Counted from the stretch's first letter, positions 28,197-37,509 are shown. The stretch: DNA of 64,000 nucleotides from Minisyncoccota bacterium (GCA_041660025.1 JBAZXD010000001.1:158499-222498); one strand, 5' to 3'. Notes: a model not told the origin generated them from the letters alone. Numbers and translations are program-made.

Positions 28197-29055
28197 GCTG
28201 TTCCTCAATCTCTTCCCACGGCATTTCGTGGCCGTTCGGAATGAAAAAACCGGCAGAGCCCGGGTGGCCGCCGCCGCCGTATTTCTCTGCAATTTTCGCT
28301 ACGTCGATTGAGCCGTCACTCCGAATGGAAACGCCGAAGCCGTTCGGGTGTGCGGTCACGATGAGGGCGAAGGGAGGCTGTTTTACGTACAGTTCATGAG
28401 CAACATATGACTTCACCGTGATGTTTGGGTGCGTCGCAACGAAATACACTTCGTATCCTTCGAAACGAACTTTTTTCGCCCGTTCGACCGACGACTGCGC
28501 GAGTGCCTCAAAGAATTCCGTATAGGCGTGCGCCTTCTGTAATATCTCGACGCGCTTGATGTCGTCCTCGAGCCCGAGAGCAAGTTCATCCCAAGCGGCG
28601 AATTCAAAGGGCAGAACAAGCAGATAAGAAAAAATGTCGCGAGTCTCAGGAAGGACGTAGTGATACAGGTCTCCGTCCTCGAGATATTTCATTAATCGCA
28701 GCATCGGTGCGCCCGGATGAAAGTACGTCCACGCGATGGTGGCGCCGGAACGCGCCGCGTCGTAGATATGTTCGGGGGCGCGCTCGGCGAGCGCCCGCGT
28801 GCTCTCATGATGGTCGAGCACGACGAGACGTTTCGCTGTTTTTGCGAGACTGTCCATCTGTTCGGCGGTTTCGTAGCAAAAATCCACGAGGTATACCTCC
28901 TTGCCGTCGAGCCCTTCGGGCGGCGCATCGCCGTGGTCGACCGGCATATAGGTCGCAGTATCGCCGAACTTTTTCCAAGCGGCATAGGCACCCGCAAAAC
29001 CGTCGGGACACTTCCCGTGGTAGAGGACAACGATATCTTTATGAAATTCGTGCAT
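28177..29055 (-). CDS. nrnA: DHH-family phosphoesterase (NrnA-like oligoribonuclease/pAp phosphatase)
   Basis: It has the DHH motif (LDHHE) and a DHHA1-type GGGH motif (YGGGGHPGSAG). Confidence 0.75.
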   Translation of the reverse strand: MHEFHKDIVVLYHGKCPDGFAGAYAAWKKFGDTATYMPVDHGDAPPEGLDGKEVYLVDFCYETAEQMDSLAKTAKRLVVLDHHESTRALAERAPEHIYDAARSGATIAWTYFHPGAPMLRLMKYLEDGDLYHYVLPETRDIFSYLLVLPFEFAAWDELALGLEDDIKRVEILQKAHAYTEFFEALAQSSVERAKKVRFEGYEVYFVATHPNITVKSYVAHELYVKQPPFALIVTAHPNGFGVSIRSDGSIDVAKIAEKYGGGGHPGSAGFFIPNGHEMPWEEIEEQHENPGN

Positions 29056-29072
29056 GCTTCTAGTGTATCCGT

Positions 29073-30014
29073 TTATCGCACAAAACGCACATAGATACCG
29101 GCGGGGATGACACGTTCCGACGAAGACTCCTGTATGAAAAGTTCGCCGCATTCGCCATCTACTTGGCCGAAGACACTTTCCACCGCCTGCGCGAAGGAGC
29201 GCGGCGCATAGCCCGCGGCGTAGCCATTCACCAGGAAGAACGAACCGGGCACGTCCGAGAGGGTCTCTTTGAGCGCTTCAAGCAGGGCGGGGAGGTCTTC
29301 CTCTATCTTCCAGACTTCGCCCTTTGCGCCACGACCAAACGCCGGCGGATCCAGGATGATGCCTTCGTATTTCGCTCCGCGCCGCGCTTCGCGCTTCGCG
29401 AAGGCGAGCGCGTCATCGAGTATCCAGCGGATACTGTCTTCGCCCACGCCCGAGAGTCGCGCGTTCTCGTGTGCCCAGTCGAGCGACTGCTTCGATGCGT
29501 CCACGTGCGTGACGAACGCCCCCGCCTGCGCGGCGACGACAGACGCGATACCGGTGTAGCCGAAAAGATTTAATATTCTCACTCCAGCATCTTGCTGCGA
29601 AAAAGTCCTCGGATCTCCTCCCTCTGGTCGGCCAGACTGTTTTCTCGCAAGCTCCTGTCGTTCGCACAGTGACGTGATGTGCTCGCGTGACCACTCCCAG
29701 TTTGGCGCCTGCTCGGGGAATATGCCGGTGTGTTTGAAAGAGGTGAGGCGCGCGAGGAACTTTGCGCCGTTCCAGGACATCTCCCAAGAATCCGGAATGG
29801 GTTTCTTCGTCTCCCAGATGCCTTTCTTGTCTTGGAAAGCGAATGTCGCGTGCGCGTCGCTCCAGAGTTCAGGCCGGCTCTTTTTCCAGAGCGCCTGCGT
29901 CTCTGGGCGCGCGAGTGTGATGGCGCCGAATCGCTCCAGCTTCATATTCTCGCCCGAGTCGAGGAGCTCGTAATCGCTCCAGGGGAGGGTCGTGAGGTGT
30001 CTATCGTTGGTCAT
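29073..30014 (-). CDS. Class I SAM-dependent rRNA methyltransferase (RlmI/RlmK-like)
   Basis: A Rossmann-fold SAM motif (LNLFGYTGIAS) is followed by IILDPPAF, which is typical of RlmI-type m5C methyltransferases. Confidence 0.65.
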   Translation of the reverse strand: MTNDRHLTTLPWSDYELLDSGENMKLERFGAITLARPETQALWKKSRPELWSDAHATFAFQDKKGIWETKKPIPDSWEMSWNGAKFLARLTSFKHTGIFPEQAPNWEWSREHITSLCERQELARKQSGRPEGGDPRTFSQQDAGVRILNLFGYTGIASVVAAQAGAFVTHVDASKQSLDWAHENARLSGVGEDSIRWILDDALAFAKREARRGAKYEGIILDPPAFGRGAKGEVWKIEEDLPALLEALKETLSDVPGSFFLVNGYAAGYAPRSFAQAVESVFGQVDGECGELFIQESSSERVIPAGIYVRFVR

Positions 30015-30814
30015 AGGAGTGCCTCGGGATGCTTCTTAGACCACTCGTAGAACACGACTGCGGCGGAGACCGCGGCGTTCAGCGACTCGGTGCGCGGATG
30101 CATCGGGATAGAGAGCGTGACGTCGCAGGCAACAAGCGTCTTCTCGCGGATGCCGGCGCCCTCGTTGCCGACGACAAACGCCGCGGGCGCGTCGAACGCA
30201 TCTGTGCCGAGAGCCGTTTTCCCTTCCATCGCGAGCCCGTATATCCAAAAGCCTTTTTCTTTCAGTACCTTGAGCGTGTTGTTCACATTGCCGATAGAGA
30301 CGAGCGGGATGCGGAAGACCATCCCGGCAGAGGTCTTCACGACCGCGCCCGTGACGCCGGCCTGGTTGTGCTCGGGGATGAGGACGCCCGCGAGGCCGAA
30401 GGCGGCGGCGGAGCGGATGATGGCGCCGACGTTGTGCGGGTCCTGCACCTCGCCGAGCACGGCGACCGCCGGATTCGTCTTCACATCAAGTGTCGCCAAG
30501 AAATCGTCGAGCGACATAAGCAGGGATGACGGGTCCATCGTAGCGATGACGCCTTGGTGTGCCGTGTCCCTCCCCACGAGTTCCTTCCCCGAACCCTTCG
30601 CGAGCTCGGCGGTCGGGATAGTGTGCATCTGGAGTAGTGCGCGCAATTCCCCATCAAGCAGGTCGCGCGCGAGGAATACCTTCCGGATGACCTTCGGTCT
30701 GTTCTCGAGCGCCTCCATAAGCGCGTGCTTGCCGTAGATGTAGATCTTGCCTGCGGCGGCCTTGCGCGCCGGAGCGCGTCGGTCTTCGTGTTTGTTGTAG
30801 CGTTTTGGTCGCAT
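30011..30814 (-). CDS. rlmB: TrmH/SpoU-family 23S rRNA 2'-O-methyltransferase (RlmB-like)
   Basis: The SpoU methylase motifs are present (VQDPHNVGAIIRSAAAFG ... LNAAVSAAVVFYE). Confidence 0.8.
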   Translation of the reverse strand: MRPKRYNKHEDRRAPARKAAAGKIYIYGKHALMEALENRPKVIRKVFLARDLLDGELRALLQMHTIPTAELAKGSGKELVGRDTAHQGVIATMDPSSLLMSLDDFLATLDVKTNPAVAVLGEVQDPHNVGAIIRSAAAFGLAGVLIPEHNQAGVTGAVVKTSAGMVFRIPLVSIGNVNNTLKVLKEKGFWIYGLAMEGKTALGTDAFDAPAAFVVGNEGAGIREKTLVACDVTLSIPMHPRTESLNAAVSAAVVFYEWSKKHPEALL

Positions 30815-30815
30815 G

Positions 30816-30889
30816 TGCGCGGTGAGGAATTCGAATCCCCGACCTTCTCAACGTCAATGAGACGCTCTAACCAGCTGAGCTAACCGCGC
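30816..30889 (-). tRNA. tRNA-Val (anticodon GAC)
   Basis: Minus-strand cloverleaf: acceptor GCGCGGU/ACCGCGC, anticodon loop UUGACGU, and T-loop TTCGAAT. It lies 2 nt upstream of the rlmB start. Confidence 0.85.
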
Positions 30890-30898
30890 GTTTTTGGA

Positions 30899-31564
30899 CT
30901 ATACCACACCCGTTTTCAATTTTCCTCTGATGAGGGCGAGCGTTTCGGCTCCGGTCTTGTCGTGCATTTCGGAGGCGCCGATGTTGAGGTGCGCGAGCGC
31001 GCGGTAGCGCGCGAGACGCTCGGTAAGCAGGGCGGGGTAGGAGCGACGCAGTGCTTCCTCCACCGGTTCGCTCTCCTCCATTCTAAAGAATCCACTCCAC
31101 GCGACCGGCTTCGGGTCCCTGAAGAATCGCGTGAGCAGGTCGTCCATCGAATCGTTCCCGACATCGAGGTGGACGACAAGCGTGTTGTCGCGGAGCGTGC
31201 GCAATGTTTCGTCCGCAAGATGCACGACGCTGCCGGTCGTATCAAAGACGAGGTTCTTTCCGCGTGCGCTCATCGCCGCACTACCGGTAAATTCATTCTC
31301 GAGTTCGAGGTAGCGGCGCTCGCGCTTTGCGTAGTGCTCGCTGGAAGGGTAGCCGAGCCACGCGGATATCTCGTCCTGATCCTTGAACCCAAGTGTCTTC
31401 TGTATGTCGCCGTCCACCTGATACCAGAAGAAGCCGCTGTCAGCCGCGAGCACGCGCGAACGGTAGCTCTTGCCCGAGTTCGACATCCCGACGAAGGAGA
31501 GGCGGAGCGTGCCGTCCGCGAGATGGGCATCAAACTCTTCGGGCGTGAGCAGTATGTTTTGCAT
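30899..31564 (-). CDS. P-loop NTPase, putative small-molecule or nucleotide kinase
   Basis: It has a Walker A motif (GMSNSGKS). No further family assignment is possible by eye. Confidence 0.5.
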   Translation of the reverse strand: MQNILLTPEEFDAHLADGTLRLSFVGMSNSGKSYRSRVLAADSGFFWYQVDGDIQKTLGFKDQDEISAWLGYPSSEHYAKRERRYLELENEFTGSAAMSARGKNLVFDTTGSVVHLADETLRTLRDNTLVVHLDVGNDSMDDLLTRFFRDPKPVAWSGFFRMEESEPVEEALRRSYPALLTERLARYRALAHLNIGASEMHDKTGAETLALIRGKLKTGVV

Positions 31565-31566
31565 TT

Positions 31567-31638
31567 GTGACCCTACCGGGAATCGAACCCGGATTAACGG
31601 CTTGAAAAGCCGGCGTCCTAACCGTTAGACGATAGGGC
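31567..31638 (-). tRNA. tRNA-Glu (anticodon UUC)
   Basis: Minus-strand cloverleaf: acceptor GGCCCUA/UAGGGUC, anticodon loop UUUUCAA, and T-loop TTCGATT. The first anticodon-stem pair is a mismatch. Confidence 0.75.
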
Positions 31639-31780
31639 CGTGTTATTTGCACACGGCCATACACTCTTCGCCTCTCTCGGAACAGATGAAATCCCATCTG
31701 TTCTCTCGTTCGGCTTGATTGTAGGGCCTTAATTAAAACCTTACCATTTTCGGGCTTAAATGCTAGAATCCAGGACACAC

Positions 31781-31867
31781 GGAGGCGTGGCAGAGTGGTC
31801 GAATGCGCTAGTTTCGAAAACTAGTATGTGGGAAACCGCATCGGAGGTTCGAATCCTCCCGCCTCCG
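31781..31867 (+). tRNA. tRNA-Ser (anticodon CGA)
   Basis: It has a long variable arm, anticodon loop UUCGAAA, and T-loop TTCGAAT. An extended -10 (TGcTAGAAT) sits ~12 nt upstream. Confidence 0.85.
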
Positions 31868-32987
31868 CATATGTTTGTTTTGTCGGCAGGATGCTCCAGA
31901 GCGCGGGGTCCTGACCGCCGTCGAGCTTGAAGAGAGCGATGCCGCGGACGCCGAGCTCCCGCGCGAGCTGTAGCTTGTCGTTGATTGCGCTCACGTCGCT
32001 CCACCAGACGATGCGCCGGACGACGGTCGCGGTTTGCGGCGTCGTGGTCGGGGTGTAGATGAAGCTCATCTCGCCCGCGCCGTTACGCGCGGGCGTGATG
32101 CCGAGATCACTCGCGAGGGTCAGAGCGTAGCCCGGATTCAGCGCCCAGTACAGGTCGTAGCGATATCCCTGCGTTAGCGGCAGTAGGTCGTATTCGTAGC
32201 CGTAGGTCGGGATGCCGATGACGATCTTCTTCTTCGAAATAAATTTCGCCGCGTGCTCGACGACCTTCTTCACCCATTGCCGGTCCGCGACGGGGATGTA
32301 GGGAGCGCCCGCCGCGGCGTTCAGCCGGAGGTCGACCGCGCCCTGGTCGTAGGCCATTATCTGCACCCGGTCGCAATACTTGTTGATAGCTACATAATCG
32401 TTCGCGTACCGGAGATTGTCCGGTATCACCTCGAAGGCTGAGGAGGGCGGCGTGCGCGGCTCGATACTGCAATAGACGAACTTTTTTCCCAGTCGCGCAT
32501 AGAGCCCCTTGAGGAAGAGCGCGAAATACGGGCGGGTCTGCAGTAACTTGCCTTCAAAGTCGATATCGATGCCGTCGAACCCGTTTTCCTTCACCAGTGC
32601 GGCGATACGATCTTCAAGCGCGATGCGGCGGGGCGTCGAACGCAGGATGGCGTGAATGGCAGTGCCGTTGCTCCACATCACGGTCGGGATTATCCGCACG
32701 TGCTCGGCCCGCGCGGCGGCGAGCAGAATATTCGCAGTCGAGGTCGAGGAGGTCGCGCTGAAGCCGAATGCGTCGTGGAGCGAACCGTCGTTCTGGACGA
32801 TATACCCGAATGGCATCAGCGCGCTGAAATTCTGTAGATGGGGGAGGACGTCAGCCGTGCCTGTCGCCATCCGCCAATAGGGGATCCACCCGCTCACCTC
32901 GAAGGGCGGCGGGCTCGCGGGCGCGGCGCGAGCAGAGCCCGGCAAGAGTATTGCCAGAAGGAGGGCAAAGAACAGTGCACGGTACAT
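31821..32987 (-). CDS. Secreted glycoside hydrolase family 18 (chitinase-like) protein
   Basis: It has a signal peptide and the GH18 catalytic motif DGIDIDFE (DxxDxDxE). As listed, the ORF's last ~15 codons overlap tRNA-Ser on the opposite strand, so the true C-terminus is uncertain. Confidence 0.65.
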   Translation of the reverse strand: MYRALFFALLLAILLPGSARAAPASPPPFEVSGWIPYWRMATGTADVLPHLQNFSALMPFGYIVQNDGSLHDAFGFSATSSTSTANILLAAARAEHVRIIPTVMWSNGTAIHAILRSTPRRIALEDRIAALVKENGFDGIDIDFEGKLLQTRPYFALFLKGLYARLGKKFVYCSIEPRTPPSSAFEVIPDNLRYANDYVAINKYCDRVQIMAYDQGAVDLRLNAAAGAPYIPVADRQWVKKVVEHAAKFISKKKIVIGIPTYGYEYDLLPLTQGYRYDLYWALNPGYALTLASDLGITPARNGAGEMSFIYTPTTTPQTATVVRRIVWWSDVSAINDKLQLARELGVRGIALFKLDGGQDPALWSILPTKQTYAEAGGFEPPMRFPTY

Positions 32988-33039
32988 AGGGGAATCATAT
33001 CACTTAGACTCATCCACTTGCATATTCGAAGGTCGCGCG

Positions 33040-33256
33040 TACACTCATCAGACGGTTGATTGCCGGCTGAGAAGCCGGGTCCGCGCGAGGCGGATAGGAA
33101 GTCAGGTGAGATTCCTGCACTGTGCCGCAACGGTAATGTCCACGAGGGACGAGTCCGATCATCATCGACCGGATTATTCCCGAGCAGGAGACCGTGTATC
33201 GCTTTGTATAGAGCAATATACCTTTCCAGGATCTCTGCTTCGGGGCAGAGCTTTTT
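33040..33256 (+). promoter_or_regulatory. Putative cobalamin (AdoCbl) riboswitch with a terminator expression platform
   Basis: Conserved cobalamin-riboswitch elements were recognised by eye: GGUGAGAUUCC (compare GGUGAAAAUCC), GCACUGUGCC (compare GCCACUG), and a B12-box-like AGCAGGAGACCGUG (compare AGUCAGGAGACCUGCC). They are followed by the terminator hairpin ctctgc-ttcgg-ggcagag plus TTTTT, just before a DUF4430 gene. Confidence 0.55.
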
Positions 33257-33264
33257 CATTTCAT

Positions 33265-33684
33265 ATGCCCACCTACAAAAAACTCGCCCCGTTCGTTATC
33301 GCTCTTGCCGCCGCGGTCGGCGTGTTCGCGTATGCGCCGGAGCGTGTCGCGACGCCCTCGCCCGATGTATCTGACGCGGTCGCCTCAGAGGCGACCGCGA
33401 ACACCACGCTCTCTGTAGGCGGAGTCGCCTATCCCATAACCGTCGCACAAGGCGAGACGGTAATCGACGCGATGCGTGCGCTCGCCTCGTCGAGCACATT
33501 CACCTTCATCGGCCGCGAGTACCCAGCGCTCGGGTTCTTCGTGGATTCCATCAACGGACAGGAGAATGCCGGCGGCATGTATTGGATCCTCTACATAAAC
33601 GGCGTTTCTGCAACAGTCGGTGCGGGAGCGACGGAGGTACACGCGGGCGACACCGTCGAGTGGAAGTATGAAAAGAGTTATTAA
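33265..33684 (+). CDS. Secreted DUF4430 (transcobalamin/intrinsic-factor C-terminal-like) domain protein
   Basis: It has a signal peptide and a DUF4430-like signature (YPITVAQGETVIDAMRAL...GFFVDSINGQ...MYWILYINGVSATVGAGATEVHAGDTVEWKY). Confidence 0.65.
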   Translation: MPTYKKLAPFVIALAAAVGVFAYAPERVATPSPDVSDAVASEATANTTLSVGGVAYPITVAQGETVIDAMRALASSSTFTFIGREYPALGFFVDSINGQENAGGMYWILYINGVSATVGAGATEVHAGDTVEWKYEKSY

Positions 33685-33699
33685 TTCCCGCGTCTTAGT

Positions 33700-35238
33700 A
33701 TGAAAAAATTCATTCATCTCGGTATCATCCTGTTCTTCATCGCATCCGCTCCTCTCTCCGCATATGCTGACGAGCCGCTCCTTATTGATGTACCGAGTCA
33801 TTGTACGATTACCGATACCGACGGCGTCTCGCACACATTCCCGCAAGACGGTTCACCGAGCGACTATCTGGGCATCTGCCTGCTCGAGGCTGCCCAGGAA
33901 GCGGGACTCGTCACCTTCACGCTCACGAACGACCCGGACTTCGGTCTCTATGTAGAGAGTGTGAACGGCGTCGCACCGGGGGCGACCGAATATTGGGCGC
34001 TCTGGAGTAACGGAGCTTTTGCGACGTGCGGTATCGGCTGTATCCCGCTCTCGCAGGGCGATACGCTCTCCCTCATCCTCACGGACTGGATGACGAACGT
34101 CGAGAGCATCACGGTCGTACTGCAGGCACATTCTCTCGTATCGCCGCCGCCGCCTTCGGGCGGCGGCGGGGGAGGCGGCATCCCGAATTCGCTTTTGAAT
34201 GTCGAGGATGCGCTCGCGTATCTCGCGAGCACACAGCAGGGGGACGGCTCGTTCGGCTCGTTGATGCTCTCCGACTGGGTGGCAATCGCCTTTGCGGCGG
34301 TCGACCCGGGGGACGCGAAGGCGAAACTTCGCGAGTATCTGCGCACGGTAACTCCGGCGCTCTCGAGCGTGACCGACTATGAGCGGCACGCGATGGCGCT
34401 CGCGGCGCTCGCTATCGACCCGTACTCCGGCACTCCGGTCGATACCATCACGCCCATCGTGCAGGCATTTGATGGGACGCAGATTGGCGACCCCTCGCTC
34501 GATAACGATGACATCTTCGCGCTCTTCCCGCTCTTTGCTGTCGGGTACAGAGCGAACGACCCTATCATCCAGAAGACGACGGCATTCATCCTCTCGCGCC
34601 AGGGTCGGGACGGCTCGTGGGACGGGAGCGTCGACCTGACGGCCGCCGCCATCCAAGCGCTCGTGCAGGTGCGTATGCTCCCGGACGTCTCCCTGGCTCT
34701 CATACGGGCCGAGGGGTACCTGCGCTCGAAACAGCCGAGCGACGGCGCCGGCAACAGCTTCTCGATGAGCTGGGTACGCCAGGCGACAAGCGCGCTCAGC
34801 TGGACGCCGAGCGGCTGGGAACCGAACTCGTTCACCAAGGATGACCATCTCGCCGAACTCCAGCAGTCTGATGGCGGCGTCGAGCCCGAATCGTCCGGCA
34901 CACAGACTCGCGTGTGGGCGACCGCCTATGCGATACCCGCCGCGCTCGGGAAGCATTGGCCGGTACTTCTGCAGTCGTTCTCAAGGCCGAGGAACATCGT
35001 AGATTCAACGTCGACTAGTATCGCTCCGAGCACACTCCCTGTCGCGACTCCACCACCACCCGTCGCCATAGAAGCGCGCATCGCACCGCCCAAGCAAGCG
35101 GTGCGAGAGAAGGCGATCGAGCCCGTCCTACCCGTCCTTATCGATCTGCAGACAGCCGCGGTAGCGGACGCACCGGCCGGCGCTTTCTTCAACAACCTCT
35201 GGGACTCCGTCTCAGCGTTCTTTAACAGGTTCTTATAA
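33700..35238 (+). CDS. Secreted protein with an N-terminal DUF4430 domain, a prenyltransferase/terpenoid-cyclase-like alpha-alpha-toroid repeat domain, and a Pro-rich C-terminal tail
   Basis: It has a signal peptide, a second DUF4430 signature (GLYVESVNGV...YWALWSNG...GDTLSLILTDW), and a poly-Gly/Pro linker. After that come repeated QxxDGSWG-type motifs (LASTQQGDGSFG, LSRQGRDGSWDG, LQQSDGGVEP), which are typical of prenyltransferase/squalene-cyclase-like repeats. Confidence 0.65.
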   Translation: MKKFIHLGIILFFIASAPLSAYADEPLLIDVPSHCTITDTDGVSHTFPQDGSPSDYLGICLLEAAQEAGLVTFTLTNDPDFGLYVESVNGVAPGATEYWALWSNGAFATCGIGCIPLSQGDTLSLILTDWMTNVESITVVLQAHSLVSPPPPSGGGGGGGIPNSLLNVEDALAYLASTQQGDGSFGSLMLSDWVAIAFAAVDPGDAKAKLREYLRTVTPALSSVTDYERHAMALAALAIDPYSGTPVDTITPIVQAFDGTQIGDPSLDNDDIFALFPLFAVGYRANDPIIQKTTAFILSRQGRDGSWDGSVDLTAAAIQALVQVRMLPDVSLALIRAEGYLRSKQPSDGAGNSFSMSWVRQATSALSWTPSGWEPNSFTKDDHLAELQQSDGGVEPESSGTQTRVWATAYAIPAALGKHWPVLLQSFSRPRNIVDSTSTSIAPSTLPVATPPPPVAIEARIAPPKQAVREKAIEPVLPVLIDLQTAAVADAPAGAFFNNLWDSVSAFFNRFL

Positions 35239-35334
35239 GCAAAAATGCTTTCAACCTCATTACTGCGGAGAGAATATCATAAGCAGACTCATGATATTCT
35301 TCCTTCGTAAGGGGTTGTAGTATACTCACCCGAT

Positions 35335-35874
35335 ATGAATCTCTCCTTTACCACCGGCTGGCTCAAATTCGTTATCGGTTGGAGCGTCGTATTCCTCTTC
35401 AGGCTCATCCCGTTCCGCCCGCCGAACGTCGAGCCATTGCTCGCGACCTTAATGCCGTTCTCTAAGCGCTTCGGTCCACTCGGGAGCTTCTTCTTCGGAT
35501 TCTTCGGCATCGTCCTCTTCGACGCCGTGACGAGCGGCTGGGGGATGTGGACGCTTGTGACCGCGCTCGCATACGGCGCGCTCGGCCCCGCCGCCTATTA
35601 CTTCTTCAGGCACCGCGAAGCGTCGGTCAAGAATTTCGTCAGCTTCGGCATCGCGGGCACTATCGCATACGACGCCGCGACCGGCCTCACCATCGGCCCT
35701 TTGTTCACCGGACAGCCGTTTCTGGTCGCACTTACGGGGCAGATACCGTTCACGCTCCTGCACCTTGCAGGCACCGTCGTCTTCGCCACCCTCCTCAGTC
35801 CGGCTCTCTACCGCTGGGTAGTGCGGAACGAGCGGTTCGAGTTCTCATTCTTCAAGAAGCGCGTGCTGGCGTAG
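35335..35874 (+). CDS. Small polytopic membrane protein resembling an ECF-transporter S component (substrate unknown; candidate vitamin or B12 transporter)
   Basis: It is 179 aa with ~5-6 TM helices and an N-terminal loop P-x-P-N-V-E-P that resembles S-component signatures. It sits immediately downstream of the riboswitch-controlled DUF4430 genes. Confidence 0.4.
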   Translation: MNLSFTTGWLKFVIGWSVVFLFRLIPFRPPNVEPLLATLMPFSKRFGPLGSFFFGFFGIVLFDAVTSGWGMWTLVTALAYGALGPAAYYFFRHREASVKNFVSFGIAGTIAYDAATGLTIGPLFTGQPFLVALTGQIPFTLLHLAGTVVFATLLSPALYRWVVRNERFEFSFFKKRVLA

Positions 35875-35971
35875 CGCCCCACAAGGGGACTTGCTATTTT
35901 CCACAGTTCTGGTATATATGTGGGCTGAATGCTCTTTGACCCCCAAAGAGCGACTCACTTTCGGAGGTGGT

Positions 35972-36385
35972 ATGGAAAAAGACAGCCTGTATTGGAAGGC
36001 CTTCTGGACCTTCTTCTGCGGCCTCGGTATGGTCTTTTGCTTCACGTTGCTGCCCTTCGTTGTCGGCTTCATCGGGATGCAAAAACTCCAGGGTATTCAC
36101 CTGCTCGGCTTCGTGGGCATCGCGGTGCCCATGCTCACGGTCGTCGCGGCACTGATCTCCTTCCTGCTCGTCCAACTCGAAGGGAGCAATACCAATGAGG
36201 CTCTGAGAGTTATGCGACTCCAGAGACTGACTAACGTCGGGCGGATATGCATCCTTTTTGCAAATCCGATCGGCCTCGTCATGGTAGGCGCGCTGTTCCT
36301 CTGGGAAGGGGTATATGTGCCCTTATCCGAGGCAATCGGTCTCGCACAATCGAATCTCGGGCTGGAGAAGGACGCGCCCGAGTGA
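35972..36385 (+). CDS. Hypothetical membrane protein (137 aa)
   Basis: GGAGG sits 4 nt upstream of the ATG, and the protein has 4 predicted TM helices. Confidence 0.4.
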   Translation: MEKDSLYWKAFWTFFCGLGMVFCFTLLPFVVGFIGMQKLQGIHLLGFVGIAVPMLTVVAALISFLLVQLEGSNTNEALRVMRLQRLTNVGRICILFANPIGLVMVGALFLWEGVYVPLSEAIGLAQSNLGLEKDAPE

Positions 36386-36524
36386 ACTATAGCCGCCGAG
36401 AGAAACGCCGAGCGTTCCTCTCGGCGGCTTCTCTTTTTATTCACTACCAAATGAGTGAGAAAAGAATAAAATTCTTATTTTATTCTTTTGAGCGAATGCA
36501 GGGAGCAAGTCCGGCTCTGCGGAC

Positions 36525-37451
36525 TTATTGCTTTTTAATCCAGAGGTAGATGTCCTCGAGCGCCTTCACGCCGTCGCCGGCGGCGATGTTGTTCTGGTGG
36601 TACAGCTCGTCGGTGCAGTCGCCTGCCGCCCAGACGCCCTCGACGTTCGTGCGCTGGTTGTGCGGGTCGGCTTTCACACGCTTCACCGCATCGAGCTCGA
36701 CGAGCCCTTCGACAAATCCCGTGTTCGGGAGAACGCCTGCCTCAACGAAGAGACCGGAGACGGCAATTTCCTTCACTTCTCCCGAATCCTTCTCTGTATA
36801 TTTCAAACCGGTAACGAACTGCTCGCCCAGAACCTCGGTCGGCTCGGCGTGGGTGATGATGCGCATATTCGGGTGCGCACGCGCCTTCTCGACGGTCACC
36901 GGGTCGGCCTTGAACTCCTTGTGCCGGTGGATGAGCGTGACGGATTTTGCATAGGCGAGCAGCTGAAGCGCCGTCTCGAAACCGGCGTTGCCGCCGCCGA
37001 TGACCGCAACATCCATCCCGCCGAAGAGCGGACCGTCGCAGGACGCGCAATAGGTAACCCCCTTGTTCTCGAACTTGTCTGCGCCGGGGACCTCGAGCTT
37101 GCGCCGACCGGCGCCCGAGACCACGAGCGCCGCCTTGGCGGAAAAGGTTTTGCCCGTCTTTGTTTTCGCAATGAAGGTTCCTTCTGGCGTCCTCGCGAGT
37201 GAGACGACACGCTCGCCGAGTACGAGCTCCACGATGTCGCCCTTGACCGCGTCGAGGTGCGCGCGGAACATCTTCGCGAGCTCCGTGCCCTGCACGCGAG
37301 GCGAGCCAATCCAATTCTCGATACCTTCAGAGACAGTCGACTGTCCGCCGATCTCCTCTGTGATAAGCACCGTTTTCAGACGTTTGCGCGCGGCATACAC
37401 CGCCGCCGCGACGCCGGCGGGCCCGCCGCCGATGATGATGAGATCGTTCAT
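36525..37451 (-). CDS. trxB: Thioredoxin reductase
   Basis: It has FAD motif GGGPAG, redox-active CASC, NADPH motif GGGNAG, and the C-terminal GDCTD. Confidence 0.85.
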   Translation of the reverse strand: MNDLIIIGGGPAGVAAAVYAARKRLKTVLITEEIGGQSTVSEGIENWIGSPRVQGTELAKMFRAHLDAVKGDIVELVLGERVVSLARTPEGTFIAKTKTGKTFSAKAALVVSGAGRRKLEVPGADKFENKGVTYCASCDGPLFGGMDVAVIGGGNAGFETALQLLAYAKSVTLIHRHKEFKADPVTVEKARAHPNMRIITHAEPTEVLGEQFVTGLKYTEKDSGEVKEIAVSGLFVEAGVLPNTGFVEGLVELDAVKRVKADPHNQRTNVEGVWAAGDCTDELYHQNNIAAGDGVKALEDIYLWIKKQ

Positions 37452-37509
37452 AAAGGCAGTATAACAAAACGCGGCGCCTTTGGCGCCGCGTTCCGTTCTT
37501 ACTCAAAGC

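Noticed and set aside
33853-34956. 367-aa minus-strand ORF
   Set aside because: It is antisense to the DUF4430/cyclase-like secreted protein gene, which has a signal peptide and domain motifs.
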